Below, one piece after another: positions 1 through 8,272 of a stretch of 64,000 nt of DNA. Every line of letters begins with the position of its first letter. Within the stretch, counting starts at the first letter, position 1. The notes under the pieces are model-generated. The model was not told where the DNA came from. It did no database searches and saw only the letters and a program-made list of their open reading frames with translations. A program made the position numbers and the translations under genes. Location of the stretch: assembly GCF_055900595.2 (NCBI RefSeq), contig NZ_CM148325.1. The stretch is one strand, 5' to 3'.

Positions 1-882
1 GAGGATTTTTTGAAGAGAAATAATATTCCCCCCATTCATCATAAAATGGGTGGCAAATGTATGCCTCAATACATGAACCGCTTGACCGTCCGGCAAATTA
101 GGCTTAGCCACCTTCAGTTTCAGCCTAAACCATTTATAACTCACCCGAAATAAACGCCCCTCCTTGCGATGTTTTACAAGCCTAACAACATCATCAGAAA
201 CAGGAACAACCCGACGCTTATTATTTTTTGTGAAATTAAATACAACCTTATTACCGATAATATGTTCCCCCATTAGCTGATATGCTTCATTCCAGCGACA
301 GCCTGTAGACAACAAAAGGACAGCCATTCGGTAATAATCTCCCGAACCCTTGCAGATAGAAAGAAACGCACCAATCTCTTCATGATTAAGATAAGCCATC
401 TCTGGGGTTTTTTCCTTGAGGCGAGGAAGCGACAATACAGGGTTACTACCGTGATATTCACCAATCTCTGCCATAGCCTTTAACGCAGCGCTAAACGCAA
501 AAAGATCATGGTTGATTGTAGATGCCTTAACCCCTTGATCGAGACGGCGCGATCTATATTCAGCAACCATGCGTTCATCAATCTCGTACATCATAGGGTC
601 ACCCATATCAAGACAAATACACTGGAGGTTATTCAGTCTACGATTCGCGTAATCCTTGTGACGACCTATCAGTAACCACCACGTCGCAATGAAATCGCTT
701 AAATATCGCTTGTCCAGAAGATTACCGAAAACATCAACAGAAGGGCGATCAGCAAGAACTTCGCGTTCAAATGCTACAGCCAGATTTTTTTTCTCAAACT
801 TCCGACGAATGCGCCTTCCCTTACTTCCGTCGGGTCGAATGTCCACAAAATAGCGACCATCTTCGAGCTTCTTAATTGACAT
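1..882 (-). CDS. int: Tyrosine integrase, P2 Int-like; 3' end truncated by the window edge
   Basis: The minus-strand frame is open from the ATG at 882-880 to position 1 (294 codons). It is missing from the ORF track because it has no stop in the window. It starts MSIKKLEDGRYFVDIRPDGSKGRRIRRKF and ends ..VLRHTFATHFMMNGGNIISLQKIL, matching the remembered P2 Int N-terminus and the catalytic RH..ATHF box. Confidence 0.85.
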   Translation of the reverse strand, partial: MSIKKLEDGRYFVDIRPDGSKGRRIRRKFEKKNLAVAFEREVLADRPSVDVFGNLLDKRYLSDFIATWWLLIGRHKDYANRRLNNLQCICLDMGDPMMYEIDERMVAEYRSRRLDQGVKASTINHDLFAFSAALKAMAEIGEYHGSNPVLSLPRLKEKTPEMAYLNHEEIGAFLSICKGSGDYYRMAVLLLSTGCRWNEAYQLMGEHIIGNKVVFNFTKNNKRRVVPVSDDVVRLVKHRKEGRLFRVSYKWFRLKLKVAKPNLPDGQAVHVLRHTFATHFMMNGGNIISLQKIL

Positions 883-951
883 AAGAAGACCCTCCAACAG
901 TCCATTCTCCATCTTGAAAACAGATAGAGAAAACGTATTCCTTATAAAGAG

Positions 952-1251
952 TTAACCAGTCTGTTTCCCTGATTGGGGTGACGTTGTTTCGACGTGCCCA
1001 CAGTGTGCGAGAGCCGGGGCTATTTGCCCGTGTTCTGGGTCGATGCGGTCATACATAAACCAATTCTGATACTTATGAAAACGGGGGTGACCAAATATCT
1101 TAATTGCAGATTCCAATGTCATCTTAGATTTGTCACGCTCATAGCCGTGATAGGTTGTGTAATTAAGCCCTACTAAATCAACAAATTGCTGTTTTGTTAG
1201 CCTTTCCGAATCTCGCATGATCGCTAACTTTTCACCTTGAGTATTTGACAT
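952..1251 (-). CDS. C: Immunity repressor, P2 C-like (99 aa)
   Basis: It has the same length as P2 C and is collinear with it as recalled (MSNT..EK..MR.SE.L..QQ..., C-terminal QIAPALAH.G..ETTSP.SG..TG). It lies next to int and is divergent from the cox-like ORF. Confidence 0.85.
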   Translation of the reverse strand: MSNTQGEKLAIMRDSERLTKQQFVDLVGLNYTTYHGYERDKSKMTLESAIKIFGHPRFHKYQNWFMYDRIDPEHGQIAPALAHCGHVETTSPQSGKQTG

Positions 1252-1292
1252 ATTTACGAGTACTCCATATAGTTACGCAAAAACAACATTCC

Positions 1293-1334
1293 TAGCCTAA
1301 AACGGCAAAACACCGTCAAAGGCCGATTAGGCTA
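1293..1334. promoter_or_regulatory. Candidate C operator / Pe-Pc switch region
   Basis: Two near-identical octamers, TAGCCTAA (1293-1300) and TAGGCTAA (1327-1334), sit in the 94-bp C/cox-like divergent gap. P2 C is known to bind direct repeats flanking Pe. Confidence 0.3.
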
Positions 1335-1345
1335 AGCAAGCCTCA

Positions 1346-1993
1346 ATGAATGGCAACCTTGGAGTGTATCAAAAAATGGCAAAACAACGAGATTTTGAAC
1401 AAATCACGACACATCAGCATTGCCGTCTCTATCCATTAGACGGCTACATCACGATGAACGTGTGCAAAATGAGTTCAACGCAGGCTGGACGCATACGTGA
1501 TATGAGTCTGAGCGACTTACAACAACAGGAGTTTGTTAGCCCAGAGGAGTTTGCATACATCACGGGGCGCACCTACAAAGCAGCCAAAAACATCATGGAC
1601 CGAAACGAAAGCCTGCTTATTAAGGAATACGCCACGCCAGACGCAACACGACCTAAGCGATTTATCAGACTCCAGCACTACTGGGCCGCAATTATCAACA
1701 ACAAAGCATCGCTGACACCACGCGAGCATCTATTTATCAATGAGATTCGAAACAACAAAACGCTTTACCGCGAGATGATGAAAATCAATCTCAAGATTCG
1801 CGAAGGGCGAGAAGTCTCGAAAAAAAACCAAGATACTCCCATCAATCGCAATCAGCGGCATAACACCAAAAGGAGTTTTCCCATGTGCGACCTGAGCAAA
1901 GCAGAGCTAATTGCAATCATATTGTTTGCCATAGATTTTGGTTTTCTTTTGAGCGGCGCAATTCTCCTTCCTGCAATTAACAGGAAAAATTAA
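1346..1993 (+). CDS. Cox/Apl-like excisionase-repressor with a long C-terminal extension ending in a TM helix; start uncertain (1346, 1376 or 1502)
   Basis: The segment VSPEEFAYITGRTYKAAKNIMDRNESLLIKEYATPDATRPKRFIRLQHYWAAI aligns by eye with the P2 Cox HTH region. It is the first gene of the rightward early operon. At 215 aa it is much longer than the 91 aa of Cox. Confidence 0.5.
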   Translation: MNGNLGVYQKMAKQRDFEQITTHQHCRLYPLDGYITMNVCKMSSTQAGRIRDMSLSDLQQQEFVSPEEFAYITGRTYKAAKNIMDRNESLLIKEYATPDATRPKRFIRLQHYWAAIINNKASLTPREHLFINEIRNNKTLYREMMKINLKIREGREVSKKNQDTPINRNQRHNTKRSFPMCDLSKAELIAIILFAIDFGFLLSGAILLPAINRKN

Positions 1994-2023
1994 TCACCAC
2001 TGCAAATAACAAGAGCCAACAAC

Positions 2024-2239
2024 ATGACCCCAAGACAAGTATTAATCTCCAAAAATGATGACATATTGCACTTTCAAGTAAAATACATAATAGCCACAAC
2101 AAAGGTAGGAACATCAATCTATATACACTATCAGAATTTCTATCTGGAGAGAGTCTTCGAAACGGAAGGAGAAGCCCAGAAGTTTTTGATACACATAAAA
2201 GATTGCATAGAAGGAAAAATAAGACCAGGGGATCAATAA
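2024..2239 (+). CDS. Hypothetical early protein (71 aa)
   Basis: ORF on the early-operon strand in an AT-rich segment. Its stop overlaps the next start (TAATG). Confidence 0.45.
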   Translation: MTPRQVLISKNDDILHFQVKYIIATTKVGTSIYIHYQNFYLERVFETEGEAQKFLIHIKDCIEGKIRPGDQ

Positions 2240-2547
2240 TGCGAAAACATTATTCACAACCATATATCCGTAACAGTGCGCCACGCAGCAATAACCGCTG
2301 GAGCCTGCGCGAAACACACGCAACACCAGGCGGTCACGTTGTAAAACAAACTGGGGAACACACCTGGCTGATTGAGCAGGCTGGACTCGTGATCCACAGA
2401 TGCAACCGCAATCCGTTTACCGGAAACCGCATCTTTGCACTGAGCAGCGGCGACAACCAGTTCGGGCAGGATTTCACGCTACACGAAGCCCTGCGAACTG
2501 CCGACCGCTTAATCGCGGGGCGCAGCTTTCAGCACCCGGATTACTAA
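2239..2547 (+). CDS. Hypothetical early protein (102 aa)
   Basis: The ATG at 2239 overlaps the previous stop. No motif recognised. Confidence 0.45.
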   Translation: MRKHYSQPYIRNSAPRSNNRWSLRETHATPGGHVVKQTGEHTWLIEQAGLVIHRCNRNPFTGNRIFALSSGDNQFGQDFTLHEALRTADRLIAGRSFQHPDY

Positions 2548-2590
2548 AGAAAAGTCGGCTTAATAAGCCCTGAGCCAGTCTTAATAAGAC

Positions 2591-2848
2591 ATGAGAGGCG
2601 ATAAGATGAAAAGAGCCTACAAAGAAATCGCTAACGACATACTTCAGAATTATCACCTAACCCTTGCAAACGAGGGTGTCGCCTATGATGAGCAATCGTT
2701 CCGCGCAATGCAGGGTGGGATTCTTGGGCTGTATATCGCCGCCACAGCCAGCGGCGACCTCGAAGCGCTGGCAGAATTAAAGGTTATCTATCCGAAAGAA
2801 CTTGGCGAAGACCTGATTAAACCCTATCTCATTGAGGAGCTGGCATGA
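2591..2848 (+). CDS. Hypothetical early protein (85 aa, or 80 aa from the ATG at 2606)
   Basis: ORF on the early strand, translationally coupled (ATGA) to the next small ORF. Confidence 0.45.
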   Translation: MRGDKMKRAYKEIANDILQNYHLTLANEGVAYDEQSFRAMQGGILGLYIAATASGDLEALAELKVIYPKELGEDLIKPYLIEELA

Positions 2849-2970
2849 ATATTCTTATCTCGTGGTTAATTCTCATCCTCGCCATTATTTGCGCGGTGGG
2901 AATCATGCGAATTATTAACGGCATTAAAACCATCGAATCATTATTTACTGGCGACAAGCGCCATAAATAA
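2845..2970 (+). CDS. Small single-TM peptide (41 aa, MNILISWLILILAIICAVGIMRII...)
   Basis: ATGA overlap with the upstream ORF and a hydrophobic N-terminal helix. It is below the 60-aa cut-off of the ORF track. Confidence 0.35.
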   Translation: MNILISWLILILAIICAVGIMRIINGIKTIESLFTGDKRHK

Positions 2971-3050
2971 ATAACCGGAAATTACCAGAAAGCAAGAAAA
3001 CATCCGCAACGGCGGAGGGATTCCCTTACGCCTGAAATAAGGAGCAGCGA

Positions 3051-3266
3051 ATGAGTAAACCACTAACCAGCATTGAGCGAAAAATTGTTTTTATGAATGT
3101 GGCAGGCGTGCAGTTCGAAGTGGATAAGCAGGTCATCGTCTCCGAAACGAGATGCCCGGCAGCAGGTGAGCAATGCACCTACCTGACACTGGCAGACGGC
3201 ACGCAAATAACCGCCGTCACCGACACCATTCGCGAGCTTGTGATTATCAGAGGGGTTAAACGATGA
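3051..3266 (+). CDS. Hypothetical early protein (71 aa)
   Basis: Strong SD (AGGAG) 6 nt upstream of the ATG. Confidence 0.5.
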   Translation: MSKPLTSIERKIVFMNVAGVQFEVDKQVIVSETRCPAAGEQCTYLTLADGTQITAVTDTIRELVIIRGVKR

Positions 3267-3475
3267 CCAGCAAATACACCACCAACGCACGCAAGCCAGG
3301 CAAGGAGGCACGTCATCACATTGCCGTTCTGCGCAATCTCATCATGTGCGAAATCGACGACTTTGTGGCGGGACTGGGCCAGCCGGGCGAGCCAGCAACA
3401 CCGGGCGAAATACACAAAGAACTACGCCGCCGCATAGAAAGCGCGGTGGATTACGTCATGAACCCGAACGACTGA
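3263..3475 (+). CDS. Hypothetical early protein (70 aa)
   Basis: ATGA overlap with the previous ORF. Confidence 0.5.
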   Translation: MTSKYTTNARKPGKEARHHIAVLRNLIMCEIDDFVAGLGQPGEPATPGEIHKELRRRIESAVDYVMNPND

Positions 3476-3515
3476 CCAGAACGCGAGCGCGCGCCGGATG
3501 ACGCACGCATAACGC

Positions 3516-4001
3516 TTAGCGGGAAGCGCCAACCGTAAGGCTGGCAATGATTTTTTCGGAGAGTGAGAGAGATTCGCGATGATTAAGACCAAGAGCAGCA
3601 CAAGCTTTATTGCGCGCCGGGTTGTCCATGCATTCAAGCACCGGAGAGTCCTGCTTCTCAATTTCCACCAGTCGCGCCAGCAACACCTCCGTGCTGAGAC
3701 CGTCGCTTTCAGTAATCAGGACGTTATAGCGATGAGCCTGTTCTTTTGCAGCCTGAGCGCGTCGCCCAAATTTCCAGGCGATATTGCAGCCACTAAGCAC
3801 AGCCACGATACCACCCAGCAACCAACTGAAATTGCTGTCTGCAAACACAGTAGCCCCAGACGTAAGGATGACAGCATTAATCACCGTATCCATACGGCGG
3901 TTAAACACCTCCGAAATATGTTCAAGCCAGTAACTGTTCCAGAGACGAAACATGACCTCGTGTCGCCGTTCGGCATGATTTTCAGTTGGTTGTCTGTTCA
4001 T
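3516..4001 (-). CDS. Two-TM membrane protein, SLATT-like (161 aa); opposite-strand moron
   Basis: An N-terminal helix is followed by two adjacent hydrophobic helices (VINAVILTSGATVFA, FSWLLGGIVAVLSGCNIAW). Then comes WKFGRRAQAAKEQAHRYNVL, the layout I associate with SLATT 2TM effector domains. GAGGAGGG SD. Antisense to the early operon. Confidence 0.55.
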   Translation of the reverse strand: MNRQPTENHAERRHEVMFRLWNSYWLEHISEVFNRRMDTVINAVILTSGATVFADSNFSWLLGGIVAVLSGCNIAWKFGRRAQAAKEQAHRYNVLITESDGLSTEVLLARLVEIEKQDSPVLECMDNPARNKACAALGLNHRESLSLSEKIIASLTVGASR

Positions 4002-4244
4002 TGCGGTTTAACCCTCCTCATCATCTCGCCCCTGCCCTTTTTCAGGCGCGGGAGCCGGTTGCCGTGGCACATGAAATTTATCGCTATCAGACATTTATTT
4101 TTTCCCGTGTGTTGTTGAACAAACTGCCCGCACAGTTTTGACGGAACGGCGGGCGCTTCAAGCGTAACACACCCTTCTTTTCCGGTTGAAGGCGAAAAAA
4201 ACCGGACAGCTACCCGACACAAACCAGACCAGCGGAGAACTGCC

Positions 4245-4799
4245 ATGTACGCACTTAAACCTATGGGGATACCAGGCAAAGCCCCGGCGCATGTGAAAGC
4301 CTGGACACAGCAGGAAGATGATTTGCTGATCACCCTGTACCCGCAGCACACAGCACGAGATATCGCCGGACGTCTGGGGCGCAGCTACGAAGGAGTTCGC
4401 GGCCGCATTTCTCGTCTGCGTGAACAGGGCAGGATTGGCATCAAGCAGCAAAGACTAAGCGATGAGATGATCGCCACGCTCATCAGGAACCGCCACACCA
4501 GGTCCCTCAAGGAACTGGCACACATGGCGAAAGTTTCGACACGCACGGTAACCAACCGATTGAGGGCGCTGGGCTACAGCCTGATCAAATGCGGAGAACT
4601 GCATAAAAACGCCGTCTACAGCGACTGCATCGTTGAGATTATCAACCAGTTACGCGACGAGCAGGGCCTGACGTTCAGGGAAATCGCGCAGCGCCTTAGC
4701 CACGAACTACAGCCGAACCCCACCCCGGCACTTGCTCGCCATCTCTACTGGCGCCGCACAGCAGCCGACGCCGTACTCCGCGAACTGTTACCAGATTGA
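4245..4799 (+). CDS. Putative DNA-binding protein with three HTH-like repeats (184 aa)
   Basis: It contains a Myb/SANT-like WTQQEDDLLITLY..ARDIAGRLGRSYEGVRGRISRL segment and two further HTH-like segments (SLKELAHMAKVSTRTVTNRLRAL and LTFREIAQRLSHEL). GGAGA SD. Confidence 0.55.
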   Translation: MYALKPMGIPGKAPAHVKAWTQQEDDLLITLYPQHTARDIAGRLGRSYEGVRGRISRLREQGRIGIKQQRLSDEMIATLIRNRHTRSLKELAHMAKVSTRTVTNRLRALGYSLIKCGELHKNAVYSDCIVEIINQLRDEQGLTFREIAQRLSHELQPNPTPALARHLYWRRTAADAVLRELLPD

Positions 4800-4919
4800 G
4801 CAATCACCATGTACACACAAAAAAACCGCTTGCAACAACAAACCGGAACAGGGTACGCTTCCCCCGCACCTCATAAAACGGGTGTCGGGTTTCGCAGCCT
4901 GCTGACTAGCAAAGCGCAC

Positions 4920-4940
4920 AACCGCGCCAGCGGTTTTTTT
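4920..4940 (+). terminator. Intrinsic terminator inside the leader of the replication operon
   Basis: AACCGC-GCCA-GCGGTT stem-loop followed by a U-run (7 T in total). Its 3' half and U-tract are also part of a 15-bp long-range pairing with 4816-4830. Confidence 0.55.
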
Positions 4941-4981
4941 GTGCGTACTGTATTGCCACGTCTTTTTCGCACACGAATTAT

Positions 4982-5062
4982 GGCGGGGCGTACGGGGCCG
5001 ACTTCGGTCGGGCCGGGTTCTTTGCTAGCCGGTACTGCGAACCTCGTACGTCTCGCCACCCA
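4982..5062 (+). ncRNA. C4 (P1/P7) / CI (P4)-type antisense RNA candidate, tRNA-like
   Basis: A 13-bp closing helix pairs 4982-4994 with 5045-5057 (11 Watson-Crick and 2 G-U pairs), followed by ACCCA. It encloses a C(UUCG)G hairpin (4995-5014) and a second hairpin (5016-5043). The second hairpin carries CUUUGCUAG (5020-5028) and CUGCGAA (5035-5041), which are complementary to sites on both sides of the RNA. Confidence 0.55.
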
Positions 5063-5119
5063 CAGTTTCGCAGCTCTGGATGGTGAGTTTTTAAAACTTA
5101 CTAGCAAAGAGGCCACACC

Positions 5120-5338
5120 ATGGCAAACCGCAAACAGCGCCGCGCTACTGCGGAGCATCACCACGTCCGCGCCCAAATCGACAAACGCCTTTTCCGCGCA
5201 TCACGCGTTGCACGCATCATGCACATCAACATGCTGCATGAACGCAGAGGGGCACTACCGAACACCTATATCGCCTCCGTTTTCAGCTATCTGGCGGACG
5301 ATCTCGCCGAGCTGCAACACCTCATTAACCAGCACTGA
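5120..5338 (+). CDS. Small basic protein (72 aa), in the position Icd holds downstream of c4 in P1
   Basis: The AAGAGG SD (5107-5112) lies inside the predicted antisense target a2 (5101-5110). The ORF is in a different frame from, and overlaps, the implausible 201-aa track ORF. Confidence 0.5.
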   Translation: MANRKQRRATAEHHHVRAQIDKRLFRASRVARIMHINMLHERRGALPNTYIASVFSYLADDLAELQHLINQH

Positions 5339-5410
5339 TAAACATCCCGAAGCCATCCTGCGCCCGTTCGCGGGAGGCTTCCACACATCTGTAGTCGGGA
5401 GGATTGCGCC

Positions 5411-5779
5411 ATGATTCTGGCTGACGATTTTCTGGAGTACCTGAACAACACCGAGCGCGACCTGTACGCGCGCGTTCTCACCCGTTACGAGAAATACAAA
5501 CTTTCACTGCCAGAGCATCAACTCCGCGAAGGCGATATCGACATTGAAGGGCGCTACATCGTCAGGCGCCGCATAGCGGGCTACGGCATCTGGCGTGTCA
5601 CCGGACTTGAGCATTCATTGCTGACCATCTGCCAGAGTCCGTCCGGCGTGATAACGGAGATCGTCGCCGATAGTCTGCGACTCACCCATCACAGCGCCAC
5701 CCCGGAAGAAACGCTGGCAGAAACCCAGCGTCTGTGTCGCGTCATTGCCAACGCCGCCCTCCGCGCAGACAGGAGGTAA
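5411..5779 (+). CDS. Hypothetical early protein (122 aa)
   Basis: GGGAGG SD; immediately precedes gpA. Confidence 0.5.
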   Translation: MILADDFLEYLNNTERDLYARVLTRYEKYKLSLPEHQLREGDIDIEGRYIVRRRIAGYGIWRVTGLEHSLLTICQSPSGVITEIVADSLRLTHHSATPEETLAETQRLCRVIANAALRADRR

Positions 5780-5782
5780 GCG

Positions 5783-8272
5783 ATGGAGTTCGTCAGAGAC
5801 TGGCAAAAACCGCGCCCCGCTATCGGGCGCGAAGGCTTACCCGTACCTGAAACCGCACTGGATACCATCCTGAAGTGTTACCGCGCAGACGAAGAGCGCG
5901 CACTGCACGCTGAAGAGCAGGGTCATCCGCTTGCGGGCACAACCATCGGTAACGCGATCGACAAGTGGGAAGGCGCACAGGAGCGCCAGGAAGAGGCCAT
6001 CACGCTCACACAGGAAGCGAGAAGACACCCGCCCACCCTTATTGAGGAAACCCTCAAAGAGCTGGACACCCTGCCCAAGTGGTTGAGGCTGCCGCTGATT
6101 AAGCACCTGAACTTTTTAAGGCGCAAACAGGAGGACGAACAACAGAAAGGCAAGCGCGGCAAGGACACCCGCAAATATGAGCGCTTCCTGAAAAACGGCA
6201 TCCCCGCACGTCTTCGCCGTATTCGTGAGATTAACGCTCGCTTTGCACCGTTAAGTTTTCAGGCCGCTGCCATGCGCGAGAGTCTGGAAGAACTGATCAC
6301 ACTGCCGAACCTGAGCCGTGAACGCATCCAGAAAATAGCCGTACTGCTTGCCAGCGCCGTTAAAATGCATCTTGCCGACGCAATGGACAAGGCCCGCGAA
6401 ATAACAGGGAACGACAAAGACGACAACCTGAACAACTGGCTGATTGCCTACCAGTATATTGGTCGCCGTGTCCTGAAGCTGGGGATCACCCCACCATACT
6501 GGAGCGCCCTTGAACTCCGCCCCGACCGCAGAAGCCCCCCGGACGTGACACTGGTTCCGGGCGCTGTTTTGCGCCTGAACGACGCCGAATGGTGGAATAA
6601 AAAACTTCGCCAGATGCACGACGTCTGGCGTGAGGAACTTTTACGTGCAGCGGGCCTTGTATCCCGCCAGACCTCCGTTTATGTGAGCCGTGAAGCGCTG
6701 GCAGACTTCCGCGAAAAACAGGCCCGTACCCGCGATTTTCTCAAAGCGCACGACGTGGAGAACGAAGACGGCGAACGCATCAGTCTGGAAGATATCTACT
6801 ACGCCAGTACATCCAACCCGCATAACCGCCGCAACGAGATGATGGCGTGCGTTAAGGGAATGGAGCTTATCGCACAGGAACGCGGCGACGTGGCCTTCTT
6901 CGTCACGGTCACAGCCCCGTCTCGTTTTCACAGCGTCACCGACGCAGGCACGCTGAACCCGAAATACAAAGGCGCAACCGTAAAGGACGCCAGCGACTAT
7001 CTGGTTTATAACTTCTTCGCCTCCGCCCGCAAACTCATCAAAAAAGAGAAGCGGGGCTGGTACGGCATTCGCACCGTGGAGCCTCACCACGACGGCACGC
7101 CCCACTGGCACATGCTGGTATTCACAAGCCCTGAGAACGAAGAGCGCATCACGGAAATCATGTGCAATGCCGCCATTCGCGAAGACCGGGCAGAGCTGGG
7201 CGACGACATCACCCCGCGCTTCAAGTGCGAGAAGATAGATCCCGAAAAAGGCACGCCAACCAGCTACATCGCCACCTACATAGGCAAAGGCATTGACGCC
7301 GCTGCATTCGGCGACACGGATCCAAAAACAGGTAAACCGCCCGTTGACCACGAAAGCGGAAAACCTATGGCGGACACCGTGGAAAACGCCGTCGCCTGGG
7401 CGCGCCTGCATCGCATTCGCCAGTTCCAGTTCTTTGGCCTCCCTTCCCGTCAGGTGTGGCGTGAGTTCCGCCGCCTTGCCGGACAAATGGCACGCAACCC
7501 GAAGGGGCCGCAGGCACTGACCAACCCCAAAGCCGACGCCCTCCTTGTTGCAGCCGATACGGGGTGTTTTGCCAGCTACATCATGCATCAGGGCGGTGTG
7601 CTCATTCCCCGTAGTGAATATCTGGCCCGCACAGCCTACGTCACCGCAGAAGAGCCGAACAATTACAGCGAATTCCCCGAGCGCATTTACGGTATCCGCA
7701 TGCCGGAACTGGGGGAGGACTTCACGTTATGCACCCACCCGGAAGAGTGGAAAATCGTCAGAAAGGAACCGGAACCAGACAACCGCACGGGCGAGGGTTT
7801 TGACCTTCAGGGCGGCCCCGCCGCCCCTTGGACTCGTGGCAATAACTGTCACCCTGACGAAAAAACAACCAACAACAGCACACAAACAGAACAGTCAGAG
7901 TGGGCAAAACTGCCCCCCTTACCCCCATCGTCGGACGGTTTTGTGAGCTGGTTTAAGTCGCTTAAGAGGCCGGACAGGAAAAAACTACAAAGATTGCTCA
8001 AAAAACGCACCGAAGAGAGTCGCCAGAACGCCAGCGGCGGCACCGACACACCCACCGACACCATTAACCTGGGCGTTGTGCTGCCGGAACTGCCGGAAAT
8101 CGTGCAAGTCCGCCGCGATCTGGAAGCGCTGGGCGCGGACTTCCCCGAAGCAATGGCCCATTCCGTCTTTATGGGTGCCCGCGTTCGTCTGGGTGACGGT
8201 CGCACCGTTCACCGCGACGAGCAGACCGGGCGCATCACCGTCACCAGTCTGCAACCGGAGGCGAAACCATGA
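5783..8272 (+). CDS. A: Rolling-circle replication initiator endonuclease, P2 gpA family (829 aa)
   Basis: HUH-type metal motif EPHHDGTPHWHMLVF and tyrosine motif TSYIATYIGK. Same position and size class as P2 A. Confidence 0.9.
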   Translation: MEFVRDWQKPRPAIGREGLPVPETALDTILKCYRADEERALHAEEQGHPLAGTTIGNAIDKWEGAQERQEEAITLTQEARRHPPTLIEETLKELDTLPKWLRLPLIKHLNFLRRKQEDEQQKGKRGKDTRKYERFLKNGIPARLRRIREINARFAPLSFQAAAMRESLEELITLPNLSRERIQKIAVLLASAVKMHLADAMDKAREITGNDKDDNLNNWLIAYQYIGRRVLKLGITPPYWSALELRPDRRSPPDVTLVPGAVLRLNDAEWWNKKLRQMHDVWREELLRAAGLVSRQTSVYVSREALADFREKQARTRDFLKAHDVENEDGERISLEDIYYASTSNPHNRRNEMMACVKGMELIAQERGDVAFFVTVTAPSRFHSVTDAGTLNPKYKGATVKDASDYLVYNFFASARKLIKKEKRGWYGIRTVEPHHDGTPHWHMLVFTSPENEERITEIMCNAAIREDRAELGDDITPRFKCEKIDPEKGTPTSYIATYIGKGIDAAAFGDTDPKTGKPPVDHESGKPMADTVENAVAWARLHRIRQFQFFGLPSRQVWREFRRLAGQMARNPKGPQALTNPKADALLVAADTGCFASYIMHQGGVLIPRSEYLARTAYVTAEEPNNYSEFPERIYGIRMPELGEDFTLCTHPEEWKIVRKEPEPDNRTGEGFDLQGGPAAPWTRGNNCHPDEKTTNNSTQTEQSEWAKLPPLPPSSDGFVSWFKSLKRPDRKKLQRLLKKRTEESRQNASGGTDTPTDTINLGVVLPELPEIVQVRRDLEALGADFPEAMAHSVFMGARVRLGDGRTVHRDEQTGRITVTSLQPEAKP

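Noticed and set aside
4816-4943. A 15-bp perfect inverted repeat, 98 nt apart, looked like retron a1/a2 repeats flanking an msr-msd.
   Set aside because: No reverse-transcriptase ORF lies downstream or anywhere in the window. The right arm coincides with an intrinsic terminator and its U-tract. A terminator/antiterminator belonging to the C4-like switch explains it better.
4944-4960. TACTGTAT looked like a LexA box half-site downstream of the leader terminator.
   Set aside because: The second half (ACAG at the proper spacing) is missing. No complete CTGT-N8-ACAG box was found near orf71, orf73 or the early region.
4809-5414. A 201-aa plus-strand ORF (and a 101-aa minus ORF at 4871-5176) spans the structured region.
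   Set aside because: It has S/T/A/R-rich low-complexity composition and no SD. It runs through a terminator and the tRNA-like helix, and overlaps orf72 (which has a proper SD) in another frame.
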